NCBI GenBank assembly: GCA_041082235.1
Contig: JBDOIG010000059.1
Location: 3,234 to 67,233 of the forward strand
Source: Thermodesulfovibrionales bacterium
Lineage (GTDB): Bacteria; Nitrospirota; Thermodesulfovibrionia; Thermodesulfovibrionales; CALJEL01
DNA: 64,000 bases
Direction of reading: 5' to 3'
Shown here: piece by piece, positions 19,044 through 28,417 of the stretch
Layout of the letters: every line of letters begins with the position of its first letter
Numbering within the stretch: position 1 is the first letter of the stretch
The notes under the pieces: model-generated
Databases searched by the model: none
Told to the model about the DNA's origin: nothing
Seen by the model: the letters and a program-made list of their open reading frames with translations, nothing else
Program-made: the position numbers and the translations under genes

Positions 19044-19780
19044 ACAAAAGCGAATTGCTTAAGATACTGAAGGCTCTCAGTTCATCAAAAATCACACCAG
19101 AAGAGGCTTACAGGAGACTACAGCATCTTCCTTATGAGGATCTTAAGATAGCAAGGATAGATCATCACAGAGAGCTCCTCTCAGGTATTCCAGAGGTAAT
19201 CTTTGCAAAGGACAAGGCCCCTGATGATGTTGTTGCTATTGCACGAAATATATTTAAAAGACACGGTAGATTTCTGATCACAAAGGCAACAAAGGAGATT
19301 TATAAAAAAATCAGGATTAAAGGTGCAAGATTTTATGAAAAGAGCGGAGCCATTATTGCTGGTAAATCTTCTGGTAAGATTGGAGATGTCTTGATACTAA
19401 CAGCAGGGACATCTGACATCAGGGTTGCTGAGGAGGCAAAGGTCACAGCAGAATTTCTTGGAAGTCGTGTGGAGACACTTTATGATATAGGGATAGCAGG
19501 TCTTCACAGGATTGTGGAACATCTTGACAGATTTAAAAAGGCGAGGGCAATTATAGTAATTGCTGGGATGGAAGGTGCACTTCCGGGTGTTGTGGCAGCA
19601 CTCACTGATAAGCCTGTTATAGGTGTCCCTACATCCTCTGGATACGGGATGAGTCTTGGTGGGATGGCAGCACTTCTGGGAATGCTAAATTCCTGTGTGC
19701 CGGGTGTGGCTGTGATGAACATTGACAATGGCTTTGGAGCTGCCTGTCTTGCCCACAGGATAAATATCCTTCAGCCATAA
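19040..19780 (+). CDS. larB: nickel-pincer cofactor biosynthesis protein LarB (PurE-like carboxylase/hydrolase)
   Basis: 246 aa with GIPEVIFA, a PurE-like core TAGTSD...AGMEGALPGVVA, and a 4-nt overlap with gpsA. Confidence 0.85.
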   Translation: MNKSELLKILKALSSSKITPEEAYRRLQHLPYEDLKIARIDHHRELLSGIPEVIFAKDKAPDDVVAIARNIFKRHGRFLITKATKEIYKKIRIKGARFYEKSGAIIAGKSSGKIGDVLILTAGTSDIRVAEEAKVTAEFLGSRVETLYDIGIAGLHRIVEHLDRFKKARAIIVIAGMEGALPGVVAALTDKPVIGVPTSSGYGMSLGGMAALLGMLNSCVPGVAVMNIDNGFGAACLAHRINILQP

Positions 19781-19872
19781 TATCATAATGCGTGATGTGT
19801 AATGAGTTTTTAATTTAAAATTTGTTGCAGAATTATAATAATAGCATGAAGGTCTGTTACTCGAGTATAAAG

Positions 19873-19956
19873 CTCAAAGGGGCTTCACCCTTTGAAACCC
19901 AAAATATGGAATTAATAAGATTATTTGGGGAGTTTGAGGGGCTTCGTCCCTAAAAG
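19873..19956 (+). repeat. Two mini-hairpins of the GAGGGGC family
   Basis: CTCAAAGGGGCTTCACCCTTTGAA (19873-19896) and TTTGAGGGGCTTCGTCCCTAAAAG (19933-19956). Confidence 0.7.
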
Positions 19957-19960
19957 CTCT

Positions 19961-20080
19961 GTAGTAATAAGTTTATCACCAAAGGGTGAAGTAAATTATG
20001 TTTGGCAATGCTGATTAGAAATTTTATATTAAGGTGCCCTATAAAGGCTTCCCGACATGCCGTACTATTGCTATCGGGCA
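19961..20080 (+). repeat. Partial intergenic repeat (core hairpin plus right arm)
   Basis: TATCACCAAAGGGTGAAGT ... TTAAGGTGCCCTATAAAGGCTTCCCGACATGCC...CTATCGGGCA. It aligns to the right half of 11671..11877. Confidence 0.7.
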
Positions 20081-20169
20081 AAATTCATTTACTTGACAAA
20101 GATTCTTTATAAACAATAAAATAATATACTTTTTACTTCTTGAAAAAACTAATCCATACGGAGGGCGTT

Positions 20170-20502
20170 ATGGCAGAAGGTGTTGTAGAAGCAACTACAG
20201 AAACATGGGATAAGGAAGTTTTAAATGCTCAAGGACTCGTGATGGTTGATTTCTGGGCAGTATGGTGCGGTCCCTGCAGGATGATTGCACCTACTGTTGA
20301 AGAGCTGGCAAAGGAATATGCTGGAAAGGTGAAGGTGGTTAAACTCAATACAGATGAGAATCCTGATGTTGCCAGCAGATATAAGATAATGGGTATTCCT
20401 ACAATTATGTTTTTTAAGAATGGTCAGAAGGTTGACCAGATTGTAGGAGCAGTTCCCAAATCTCATTTAAAATCCAAGATAGATACACTTCTGACTGCAT
20501 AG
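20170..20502 (+). CDS. trxA: thioredoxin
   Basis: It has a WCGPC active site and is 110 aa from ATG 20170, which is preceded by GGAGGG. The TTG 20140 extension is unlikely. Confidence 0.9.
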   Translation: MAEGVVEATTETWDKEVLNAQGLVMVDFWAVWCGPCRMIAPTVEELAKEYAGKVKVVKLNTDENPDVASRYKIMGIPTIMFFKNGQKVDQIVGAVPKSHLKSKIDTLLTA

Positions 20503-20540
20503 ATTCAAAATTAAGCGTGTCAGATTTCAGGTGGATATTA

Positions 20541-21035
20541 ATGAGATGGAAGCTCGTAGTGTTATTTTTTTTCTTCGTGCTTTTTTCCTGTTCCAGAGAG
20601 ACCCCCGTTCAGGAGGGTAAGGTTGTTCCAGAGCTTTCCTTTAAACATATTAATGGAGAGTCTATCAAACTTCATGAACTAAGGGGAAAGGTAGTGCTTA
20701 TTGAATTCTGGGCAACCTGGTGTGAGGCCTGCAGGGAAGCTGTTCCCGACCTTATGGAGATTTATAAAAATAACAGCGATAAGGGTCTGGTAATGATTGC
20801 TGTATCTGTGGATGAAGGTGGAGATTATGTGAAAAGGGTCAGGGATTTTATTAATGAATATAATATCACCTACCCCGTTGCCGTTGATGGGATCTCCTTG
20901 AGTAAAAAATTCGGAGTTTATACCATCCCCTCTATTTTTATAATTAATAAAGAAGGTATTCTTGTCAAAAAATATCCTGGATATTTTCCTGATTTTGCCC
21001 GTAAGATAGATAAAGAAATTAAGGGATTGTTATAA
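20541..21035 (+). CDS. TlpA/ResA-family thiol:disulfide oxidoreductase, probable lipoprotein
   Basis: It has a thioredoxin fold with WCEAC and a signal peptide ending in a lipobox-like LFSC. The start is placed at ATG 20541; GTG 20517 is also possible. Confidence 0.78.
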   Translation: MRWKLVVLFFFFVLFSCSRETPVQEGKVVPELSFKHINGESIKLHELRGKVVLIEFWATWCEACREAVPDLMEIYKNNSDKGLVMIAVSVDEGGDYVKRVRDFINEYNITYPVAVDGISLSKKFGVYTIPSIFIINKEGILVKKYPGYFPDFARKIDKEIKGLL

Positions 21036-21042
21036 TACCAAG

Positions 21043-22362
21043 ATGTTTGATGCATTAACAGAAAAACTTGACTCCATATTCAGGAAGCTTCGTGGAAGGG
21101 GCATACTCAAGGAGGAGGATGTTGAACAGGCCCTGAGAGAGGTAAGGCTTGCCCTTCTTGAGGCTGATGTTAATTATAAGGTTGTCAAGGATTTTGTTAA
21201 TTCAATAAAACAGAAGGCCGTAGGAAGTGGTATACTTGAGAGCCTCACGCCCGGACAGCAGGTCATAAAGATTGTCCATGAAGAGCTTATTAATCTCATG
21301 GGTTCTTCAGATTCAATTATAAAACTTTCACCAAATCCGCCTACAATTCTTATGATGGTAGGATTACAGGGTTCTGGAAAGACCACCACATCAGCGAAGA
21401 TTGCAAATTATTATAAGTCTCAGGGCAGAAGACCTGTGCTCGTTGCAGCGGATATTAAAAGACCTGCTGCCATTGAGCAGCTTATAACCCTTGGTGCCCA
21501 GCTTCAGATACCTGTATTTTATTCAAAGGATATAAGCGACCCTGTTCAGGTCTGTGAAGAGGCGGTTAGGAAGGCAAGGGTAGATGCCCGTGATATATTG
21601 ATACTTGATACAGCAGGCAGGCTTCACATTGATGAGGAACTAATGGAGGAACTCAGGCAGATTAAGGAAAAGACCTCGCCTCATGAGATACTGCTTGTGG
21701 TTGATGCCATGACAGGTCAGGAGGCCGTAAATGTTGCCTCCGCCTTTAATGAAAAGATATCCATTACGGGAATTGTTCTTACCAAGATGGACGGTGATGC
21801 CAGGGGTGGAGCAGCACTTTCTATGAGATCAGTTACAGGAAGACCAATAAAATTTATAGGTACAGGTGAAAAGCTTGATGCATTGGAGCCTTTCTATGCT
21901 GACAGGATTGCCTCAAGAATTCTTGGAATGGGAGATGTCCTCAGCCTTATAGAAAAGGTTCAGAAGACATATGATATGAAGGAGGCAGAAAGACTTCAGA
22001 AGAAGGTCAAGGAGGATGATTTTGATCTTGATGATTTGAGACTTCAGATAAGAAAGATAAAGGGGATGGGCTCTCTTGAAGGTTTATTGGGCATGATACC
22101 TGGTTTCAGTAAACTCAAAGGTATTAATATAGATACAAAGGAGTTTGTGAAGGTTGAGGCAATCATCAATTCCATGACACCTGAGGAAAGGAGGACACCC
22201 TCTATCCTTAATGGAAGCAGACGCAGGCGTATAGCACTTGGAAGTGGTACAACAGTAGCTGATGTAAACAGGCTCCTCAAACAATATAATGAGATGAAGA
22301 AGTTAATGAAGGCCTTTAAGGGTAAAAAGGGATTCAGGCTTCCAAATATATTGCAGATATGA
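21043..22362 (+). CDS. ffh: signal recognition particle protein
   Basis: 439 aa with GLQGSGKTTT, DTAGR, TKMDGDARGG and a Met-rich M domain. Confidence 0.95.
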   Translation: MFDALTEKLDSIFRKLRGRGILKEEDVEQALREVRLALLEADVNYKVVKDFVNSIKQKAVGSGILESLTPGQQVIKIVHEELINLMGSSDSIIKLSPNPPTILMMVGLQGSGKTTTSAKIANYYKSQGRRPVLVAADIKRPAAIEQLITLGAQLQIPVFYSKDISDPVQVCEEAVRKARVDARDILILDTAGRLHIDEELMEELRQIKEKTSPHEILLVVDAMTGQEAVNVASAFNEKISITGIVLTKMDGDARGGAALSMRSVTGRPIKFIGTGEKLDALEPFYADRIASRILGMGDVLSLIEKVQKTYDMKEAERLQKKVKEDDFDLDDLRLQIRKIKGMGSLEGLLGMIPGFSKLKGINIDTKEFVKVEAIINSMTPEERRTPSILNGSRRRRIALGSGTTVADVNRLLKQYNEMKKLMKAFKGKKGFRLPNILQI

Positions 22363-22394
22363 TTTATAATATTTAATCAGAAAGGAGGTGTGCT

Positions 22395-22628
22395 GTGGTA
22401 AAGATTAGGTTAATGAGGATCGGTGCCCACAAAAGGTCCTATTACAGGATTGTTGTGGTTGATTCAAGGACAAGAAGGGATGGACCTTATATTGAGCTTC
22501 TTGGAACTTATGATCCTCTGAAAGATTCAGAGGTCAAGATCAATAAAGATAAGGCTAAGGCATGGATTCAAAAGGGTGCACAGCCAACAGAATCTGTTAA
22601 AAAACTTTTAACAAGAGCGGGCCTGTAG
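22395..22628 (+). CDS. rpsP: 30S ribosomal protein S16
   Basis: The sequence [21 protein letters not shown] is typical of S16. It has a GTG start behind AAAGGAGG. Confidence 0.95.
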   Translation: MVKIRLMRIGAHKRSYYRIVVVDSRTRRDGPYIELLGTYDPLKDSEVKINKDKAKAWIQKGAQPTESVKKLLTRAGL

Positions 22629-22659
22629 TGCCCCAAATTCCTTCAGGAGGTGAACCATC

Positions 22660-22893
22660 ATGCTGAAAGGATTAGTTGAGAGTATGGCAAAGGCTCTGGT
22701 TGATAAGCCAGAGGAGGTAAGTGTTAAGGAGGTGGATGGAGAAAAGACTACCGTATTTGAGCTCAGGGTTGCTCAGAGTGACCTCGGAAAGGTGATAGGA
22801 AAACAGGGTAAGACTGCCCGTGCTATGAGGGCAATATTAAGTGCAGCAGGGACGAAGGTCGGTAAGCGCTGCGTCCTTGAGATACTTGAATAG
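22660..22893 (+). CDS. KH-domain RNA-binding protein (UPF0109/YlqC-like)
   Basis: 77 aa with the [19 protein letters not shown] loop, in the conserved position after rpsP. Confidence 0.85.
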   Translation: MLKGLVESMAKALVDKPEEVSVKEVDGEKTTVFELRVAQSDLGKVIGKQGKTARAMRAILSAAGTKVGKRCVLEILE

Positions 22894-22966
22894 TAAAACC
22901 TGTGCGATAGATTAATTAATAATCTTTTGTAATTTATTATTTCATCTGCGCACAAAGGCACCTTGT

Positions 22967-22995
22967 AGGGCAGGCCCTGTTACCTGCCCTTTTTA
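22967..22995 (+). terminator. Intrinsic-terminator-like hairpin directly upstream of trmD
   Basis: The stem AGGGCAGG / CCTGCCCT (8 bp) has an 8-nt loop and is followed by TTTTT. It ends 3 nt before the trmD ATG. Confidence 0.55.
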
Positions 22996-22997
22996 TC

Positions 22998-23735
22998 ATG
23001 AAGATGGTTATTGATGTTATAACCCTTTTCCCTGAGATAATAAAGACTTATCTTTCCTGTGGAGTTTTAAAGAAGGCTATTGACGAGAGCATGATTCAAG
23101 TACGAATTCATAATCTCAGGGATTTTACGAGGGACAGGCACAGGACAGTGGATGACTATCCCTATGGAGGTGGTTCAGGTATGGTGATGAAACCTGAGCC
23201 ACTGTTTGATGCAATTGAGCACATAAAGTCCGATGGCATTGAAAGATTGATAATTCTCCTTACACCTCAGGGAAAGAAATTCAACCAGCAAATGGCAAGG
23301 GCACTTTCAGAGGAAAAGAGAGGGTTGGTGTTTATATGTGGTAGATATGAGGCGATTGATGAGCGGGTGAGAGCGATAGTGGATGATGAGATTTCCATAG
23401 GAGACTATGTCCTAACTGGAGGAGAATTGGCTGCTTTAGTTATAATAGATACAGTATCAAGATTATTGCCAGGTGTTCTCGGGAATTATGATTCAACAAT
23501 AGAAGAGTCCTTTGAGTGGGGTATCCTTGATTATCCCCATTATACAAGGCCACCGGAATTCAGGGGAATGAAGGTACCTGATATCTTACTGAGCGGTGAT
23601 CATGAGGCAATAAGGAGATGGAGAAGAAAGGAGGCCTTGAGAAGAACTCTTAAGAGGCGACCTGATTTACTTGAAAAGGCGGTCCTCAGTGAGGAGGATT
23701 TAATTTTGATAAAAGAGATAAAGGAGGAGTCATGA
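22998..23735 (+). CDS. trmD: tRNA (guanine37-N1)-methyltransferase
   Basis: 245 aa with [23 protein letters not shown] and TGGELAALV motifs. Confidence 0.95.
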   Translation: MKMVIDVITLFPEIIKTYLSCGVLKKAIDESMIQVRIHNLRDFTRDRHRTVDDYPYGGGSGMVMKPEPLFDAIEHIKSDGIERLIILLTPQGKKFNQQMARALSEEKRGLVFICGRYEAIDERVRAIVDDEISIGDYVLTGGELAALVIIDTVSRLLPGVLGNYDSTIEESFEWGILDYPHYTRPPEFRGMKVPDILLSGDHEAIRRWRRKEALRRTLKRRPDLLEKAVLSEEDLILIKEIKEES

Positions 23736-24124
23736 ACGAGTTAATAAAGGCAGTTGAGGAGACCTATAAAAAGAAAGAGATACCAGATTTCAAGGTAGGA
23801 GATACTGTGAGGGTTCATGTAAAGGTCAAGGAAGGTGACAGAGAAAGGCTACAACCCTTTGAAGGTGTTGTGATAGCCCGTAGAGGTGGAGGCCTGAGGG
23901 AGACCTTCATGGTAAGAAAGATCTCCTTTGGTGTTGGAGTTGAGAGGATATTCCCCCTGCATTCATCTGTTGTTGATTCCATAGAGCTTATAAAGAGAGG
24001 AAATGTCAGAAGGGCAAAACTCTTTTATCTGAGAAAGAAGAAAGGAAAAGAGGCCAGGATAAAGGAAAAAGAGATAAGGACTGGTGGCGAAGTAACAGCG
24101 GGGGAGATTGGTAATAACAGTTAA
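23732..24124 (+). CDS. rplS: 50S ribosomal protein L19
   Basis: 130 aa with [32 protein letters not shown]. It overlaps trmD by 4 nt. Confidence 0.95.
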   Translation: MNELIKAVEETYKKKEIPDFKVGDTVRVHVKVKEGDRERLQPFEGVVIARRGGGLRETFMVRKISFGVGVERIFPLHSSVVDSIELIKRGNVRRAKLFYLRKKKGKEARIKEKEIRTGGEVTAGEIGNNS

Positions 24125-24142
24125 AAGCTCAGAGAGTTCAGC

Positions 24143-24769
24143 ATGCCCCTCTTTAAGTATGATAATAGCTACAGGAAGAAGGGTTACAGGGTTATTGCAG
24201 GTATTGATGAGGCAGGAAGGGGTTCTCTGGCAGGTCCTGTTGTAGCAGGTGCTGTTATATTGAAAGAAGGGGTCATGATAGAAGGTCTTGATGATTCAAA
24301 GAAGCTAACCCATCAAAAAAGGGCTGAAATTTTCTGGCAGCTGATGCTTGAGGCAGAGGATGTGAGTTTCGGGGTCGTGGATGTTGAGGATATAGAAAGG
24401 TTTAATATCCTTCAGGCTACAAAGATGGCAATGAACAGGGCAATAAATGGATTGAAAAAAAGGCCAGACCTTATCCTGATAGATGCCCTGAGATTAACCA
24501 TCCCATTGAAGCATATCTCAATAATAAAGGGCGATCAGAAGAGTGCATCTATTGCAGCAGCCTCAATAGTTGCAAAGGTTCTCAGGGACTGGATCATGGA
24601 GTATTATGATTTCCTTTATCCTGAGTATGGTTTCAAAGACCACAAGGGATATGCTACAGTAAGGCACAGAGAATGCCTCAGGATTTATGGTCCCTGTCCA
24701 ATTCATAGAAAGACATTTAAACCCATAAACCAGATGGAGTTCTATTTTAACCAGTCACAAAATTGCTGA
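24143..24769 (+). CDS. rnhB: ribonuclease HII
   Basis: 208 aa with GIDEAGRGSLAGPVV and DDSKKL motifs. Confidence 0.92.
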   Translation: MPLFKYDNSYRKKGYRVIAGIDEAGRGSLAGPVVAGAVILKEGVMIEGLDDSKKLTHQKRAEIFWQLMLEAEDVSFGVVDVEDIERFNILQATKMAMNRAINGLKKRPDLILIDALRLTIPLKHISIIKGDQKSASIAAASIVAKVLRDWIMEYYDFLYPEYGFKDHKGYATVRHRECLRIYGPCPIHRKTFKPINQMEFYFNQSQNC

Positions 24770-24797
24770 TAGAAATGTATTAAGCAATAGAGGGTAT

Positions 24798-24940
24798 GTC
24801 TCAAGCCTTTATAATGTGACAATGAACAGGATACAGGATTCAAGATACAAGATTCAGGAACAGGTTTCATCTTATCATCTATTATGGATATTTAAGGTAT
24901 TGCTATAAAGGCTTTTCGGCATACCATTTTTTAGTCGGCA
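24798..24940 (+). repeat. Variant copy of the intergenic repeat with heptad-periodic core
   Basis: It has a degenerate left arm GTCTCAAGCCTTTATAATGTGACAATGAA, the 33-mer CAGGATACAGGATTCAAGATACAAGATTCAGGA (24827-24859), and a right arm TTTAAGGTATTGCTATAAAGGCTTTTCGGCATACCATTTTTTAGTCGGCA. Confidence 0.72.
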
Positions 24941-24943
24941 AAG

Positions 24944-25630
24944 GTGAGCCATAAAAAGGTCATGAAGACAAGGACACCTATAGAGAATGAACGGATTGAT
25001 GAGGCCCTTGAACTCATCTGGCTTCTGAGAGAAGACCACAGGGCTTTTCTCTCTAATTTTAAAGCAAGCTCTGATGATGAATCTCCTGAAGAGATAATTA
25101 GATTACTCATTGACGACGGGCTGGTCAATATAAAGGGTCAAGAGATTGGTTTTACTGAAATGGGTTATGAAAGGGCAAGGGGTCTTATAAGAAGGTACAG
25201 ACTTGCGGAGAGGCTTTTTTCTGATGTCTTTGAATTGAGAGATGACCTTGTTAAGGATGATGCCTGTAGGGTTGAACATATATTGAGCAATGAGCTTACT
25301 GACAGCGTCTGCACATTCCTCGGTCACCCACCCACATGTCCTCATGGAAAGCCAATACCCAGGGGTGAGTGTTGTAAAAAATATCGTGTTGATGTGGAGC
25401 CACTGATAACAAGGCTCTCCAGTATTGAACCTGGTACAGAGGTAAAGATTGTCTTCATAGTACCTTCTCAGAAAAGCAGTGTTGTAAAACTATCATCAAT
25501 GGGAATAATACCAGGTGCGAGGATAAGGCTCCTTCAGAAAAAACCAACCATCATACTTCAGATTGAAGAGACTATTATAGCGATTGATCCTGAGATTGCT
25601 GATGAGATACTTGTAAGGAAGGTTGCCTGA
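24944..25630 (+). CDS. DtxR/MntR-family metal-dependent regulator fused to a C-terminal FeoA/SH3-like domain
   Basis: 228 aa with RRYRLAERLF, GHPPTCPHGKPIP and a FeoA-like SSMGIIPGARIRL. The start is uncertain (GTG 24944 or ATG 24962). Confidence 0.75.
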   Translation: MSHKKVMKTRTPIENERIDEALELIWLLREDHRAFLSNFKASSDDESPEEIIRLLIDDGLVNIKGQEIGFTEMGYERARGLIRRYRLAERLFSDVFELRDDLVKDDACRVEHILSNELTDSVCTFLGHPPTCPHGKPIPRGECCKKYRVDVEPLITRLSSIEPGTEVKIVFIVPSQKSSVVKLSSMGIIPGARIRLLQKKPTIILQIEETIIAIDPEIADEILVRKVA

Positions 25631-27545
25631 CCGGTAAAATTACCCTAAATCTTGTCCCCTTATTTACCTCACTGTGGACATCTATTCTTCCGTTATGACC
25701 TTCTATGATTCTGTAGCTTATTGACAGGCCAAGTCCAGTCCCTTTTTCCTTCTTTGTGGTGAAGAATGGTTCAAAGATCCTTGGCAGTATATCGGGAGGG
25801 ATTCCATGACCTGTATCTTCCACATCCACATAGATATTAGCATTATCCATGATCCCTGTGCGAAGTACGAGGGTACCACCTTTTTCCATGGCATGTATTG
25901 AGTTATTGATAAGATTTAAAAAGACCTGTTTCAGCTGGTTATGGTCAGCCTGTATAATCGGAACCTGTCCGAATTCTTCTATTACATCTATGTCACTATG
26001 TTTGAGCTGAAGAGAGGCGAGTTTAAGTATCTCACTCAACAGAAGGTTTATATTCACCTCTACAATATTAATTGCCCTTTTCCTTGCAAATTCAAGGAGC
26101 TGATTCACAATTTCCTTTGCCCTGAGGGATTCCTGTTCGATAATCTTCAGGTCTTTCTTAATGGTTTCTATATCTGATTCTTCCTGCGAAAGCTCAGAAA
26201 ATCCTATGATACTTGTAAGGGGATTGTTCAGTTCATGGGCAATGTTTGAGGCCATCTCTCCAAGGGCAGCAAGTTTTGCAGCCTGTATGAGCTGCTCCTG
26301 TGTCTGCTGGAGTTCCCGCATCCTGTTTCTGAGGTCTTCCATAAGTTTCACATTCATAAATGAGACAGAGAGCAGATTTGAAAGTATAGCTGCTATACTG
26401 AGATCTGTATCATCAAAAGACCCATGTTTTTTGTTCATCACTATCAGAAGGCCTGATAGCCTTTCCTGTTCCTTTATCCAGATCAAAAGTGATGGTTCAT
26501 TTATGCTGTCAAAAAAGCTGGTCTTGATAGAAGGAGCAGACCCCAGGGTGAATATAGCTGGTTCTTTCCTGTAATACAGGTGAAGTGCCTCTATCTCTTT
26601 TTCAGGTAGTATTATCTCTTTGCCTGCAATATCAAGGAACCTTTCATTATCCCTGATAAATATCCTGCAGTCAGTTGCATCAAATAGTTCCTTTACAACT
26701 CCGATAAGCTCATTATAAGGCATCCCTTCCTCTGAAAGGGAATACAGAGGTATGGTTGCCCTGTAAAGGTGTGAGAGTCTCTTCGTGAATCCTAAAAGTT
26801 CATCATGGTTTTTCTTAAGGGTGATACTCATATCATTAAAGGCCTCTGAAAGGTCCCTGAACTCATCCCTGTAAGGATAGGAGGCTGTTACGCCGAGTTT
26901 TCCTGCTTTAAGTTCCTTAGTGGCATTTATGAGGATACCCATGGATTTTGTTATCTGTTTTGTAAAGACTATGGCTACAGTAAGTGCAGCAAAAAAAGCA
27001 AAGGACAGGGTTAGAAATAATATAATTTTGGAGTTATTTATATCCTTCAGTGCCTTTACTGTCTTTGCATAGAGTCTTTGATCTGCTGTAAAGGCCATCT
27101 CCTGGACCATGCTCAAAAGGGTATTGCCCAGGGTTATAGCAACAAGTCTCAACCTTTCAATTCTTTCTCTATTTGCTGTGGTGGTGATCAGGGCGCTCAG
27201 GGCATCCTTATATTGTTCCACCATGTCGCTTACACGATTTAACTTCTCTGTAAGCTCTTTACTATGATGGCACGACTTACAGCTCTGCACTGACCTGTCA
27301 AGGTCAGAGACATGTTCAACTATTACATCAAGTTCGCTTCCAAAGGCTGTTCCTATAGTATATAAGTGTGTCTGAACCGTCTGGGTATTTATAACAAGGT
27401 TCTGTCTGATGATCTCAACCCTGTGGAGACTGATAACAGTCTCAAGGTCTGTTGTGGTCTTGTAGATATAGTAGATCGTAATTCCAACTCCTGTGCTGAA
27501 GAGCAGAAATAAGAGTGCCATAGATATAATAAGTCTCTTTTTCAT
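25575..27545 (-). CDS. membrane sensor histidine kinase (periplasmic helical domain with CXXCH, HAMP, GAF-like, HisKA, HATPase)
   Basis: 656 aa. Two TM segments flank a periplasmic region of about 140 aa containing CKSCH (codons at 27267-27281). It has the H-box ASNIAHELNNPLTSI and the G-boxes DTGHGI and GTGLGLS. Confidence 0.85.
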   Translation of the reverse strand: MKKRLIISMALLFLLFSTGVGITIYYIYKTTTDLETVISLHRVEIIRQNLVINTQTVQTHLYTIGTAFGSELDVIVEHVSDLDRSVQSCKSCHHSKELTEKLNRVSDMVEQYKDALSALITTTANRERIERLRLVAITLGNTLLSMVQEMAFTADQRLYAKTVKALKDINNSKIILFLTLSFAFFAALTVAIVFTKQITKSMGILINATKELKAGKLGVTASYPYRDEFRDLSEAFNDMSITLKKNHDELLGFTKRLSHLYRATIPLYSLSEEGMPYNELIGVVKELFDATDCRIFIRDNERFLDIAGKEIILPEKEIEALHLYYRKEPAIFTLGSAPSIKTSFFDSINEPSLLIWIKEQERLSGLLIVMNKKHGSFDDTDLSIAAILSNLLSVSFMNVKLMEDLRNRMRELQQTQEQLIQAAKLAALGEMASNIAHELNNPLTSIIGFSELSQEESDIETIKKDLKIIEQESLRAKEIVNQLLEFARKRAINIVEVNINLLLSEILKLASLQLKHSDIDVIEEFGQVPIIQADHNQLKQVFLNLINNSIHAMEKGGTLVLRTGIMDNANIYVDVEDTGHGIPPDILPRIFEPFFTTKKEKGTGLGLSISYRIIEGHNGRIDVHSEVNKGTRFRVILPVRQPSLQVSHQQSQDQSL

Positions 27546-28417
27546 CTGTATTTATAGGTCTTTATTTCAATATCAGCTTTTTTAAGCAGATTATAAACAA
27601 TTGAGAAATCTTCTTTTGATGCAGCTATAAACCTCAAGGCGCCAAATCTTTCAAGGACCTTTCTGCCTTCCGGATCTTTATCCATTTTTAATAAAATATC
27701 CCTGATCCTTTCCTTCAGGCCCTTATCAATCTTTTTTGATAGACAGAGAGTAACATCAGGAAGTGCAATAGACCTTGCTATAATCAATATCTCCTGTTGC
27801 ATTACAGGATCTTTTTTAATTCTTTCCTTTATGATTTTATTTTTTGCAACACCTATATCTGCCCTTCCATCAAGGACACTGAGAAGTGCTGAGTCATGAC
27901 TCCCTGTAAAGTAGTATTCTTTGAAATAATTGAGTGGATTTTTAATTCCATGTTCTTTGAAATAGGCAAGGGCAAAGATATAACCGGTAGCAGTTGCCCT
28001 GTCCACAAAGGCAATAGTTTTACCTTTCATATCCTTTATATCCTTTATGTTGCTGTCTCTTCTCACAAAGATATAGCCTTCAGCACTTGATGTCCCGTCA
28101 AGATCCATAGGTCTTACAACTGGCTCAACTCCGAGTTTTTCCATAGCAAGAACAGAAGTAAATGCTCCAAAAAAGGCGCCATCAAGATTTCTCATTACAA
28201 ATCTATCTATTATGTCACCGTATCTGCTCAGGATAGTGAATCTTGTTTTCATGCCCAGCTTGAACGTAAGATATTCACTCAGTGGTTTGTATCTATCCAT
28301 CTGTCTGAAGATATTTTCCTCAGGAATGAGACCTATAAGGATTTCTCTCTCTGCAGCAAATGAAATTGTACTGAAGCACAGGATTAAGGCTGATATTATT
28401 AAAACTAATAATCTCAT
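27542..28417 (-). CDS. periplasmic substrate-binding protein, PhnD-like (phosphonate/phosphite SBP fold)
   Basis: 291 aa with a signal peptide and a type-2 periplasmic-binding-fold pattern (GLIPEE...Y.PL..YL...G). It has 4-nt overlaps with both neighbours. Confidence 0.7.
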   Translation of the reverse strand: MRLLVLIISALILCFSTISFAAEREILIGLIPEENIFRQMDRYKPLSEYLTFKLGMKTRFTILSRYGDIIDRFVMRNLDGAFFGAFTSVLAMEKLGVEPVVRPMDLDGTSSAEGYIFVRRDSNIKDIKDMKGKTIAFVDRATATGYIFALAYFKEHGIKNPLNYFKEYYFTGSHDSALLSVLDGRADIGVAKNKIIKERIKKDPVMQQEILIIARSIALPDVTLCLSKKIDKGLKERIRDILLKMDKDPEGRKVLERFGALRFIAASKEDFSIVYNLLKKADIEIKTYKYR

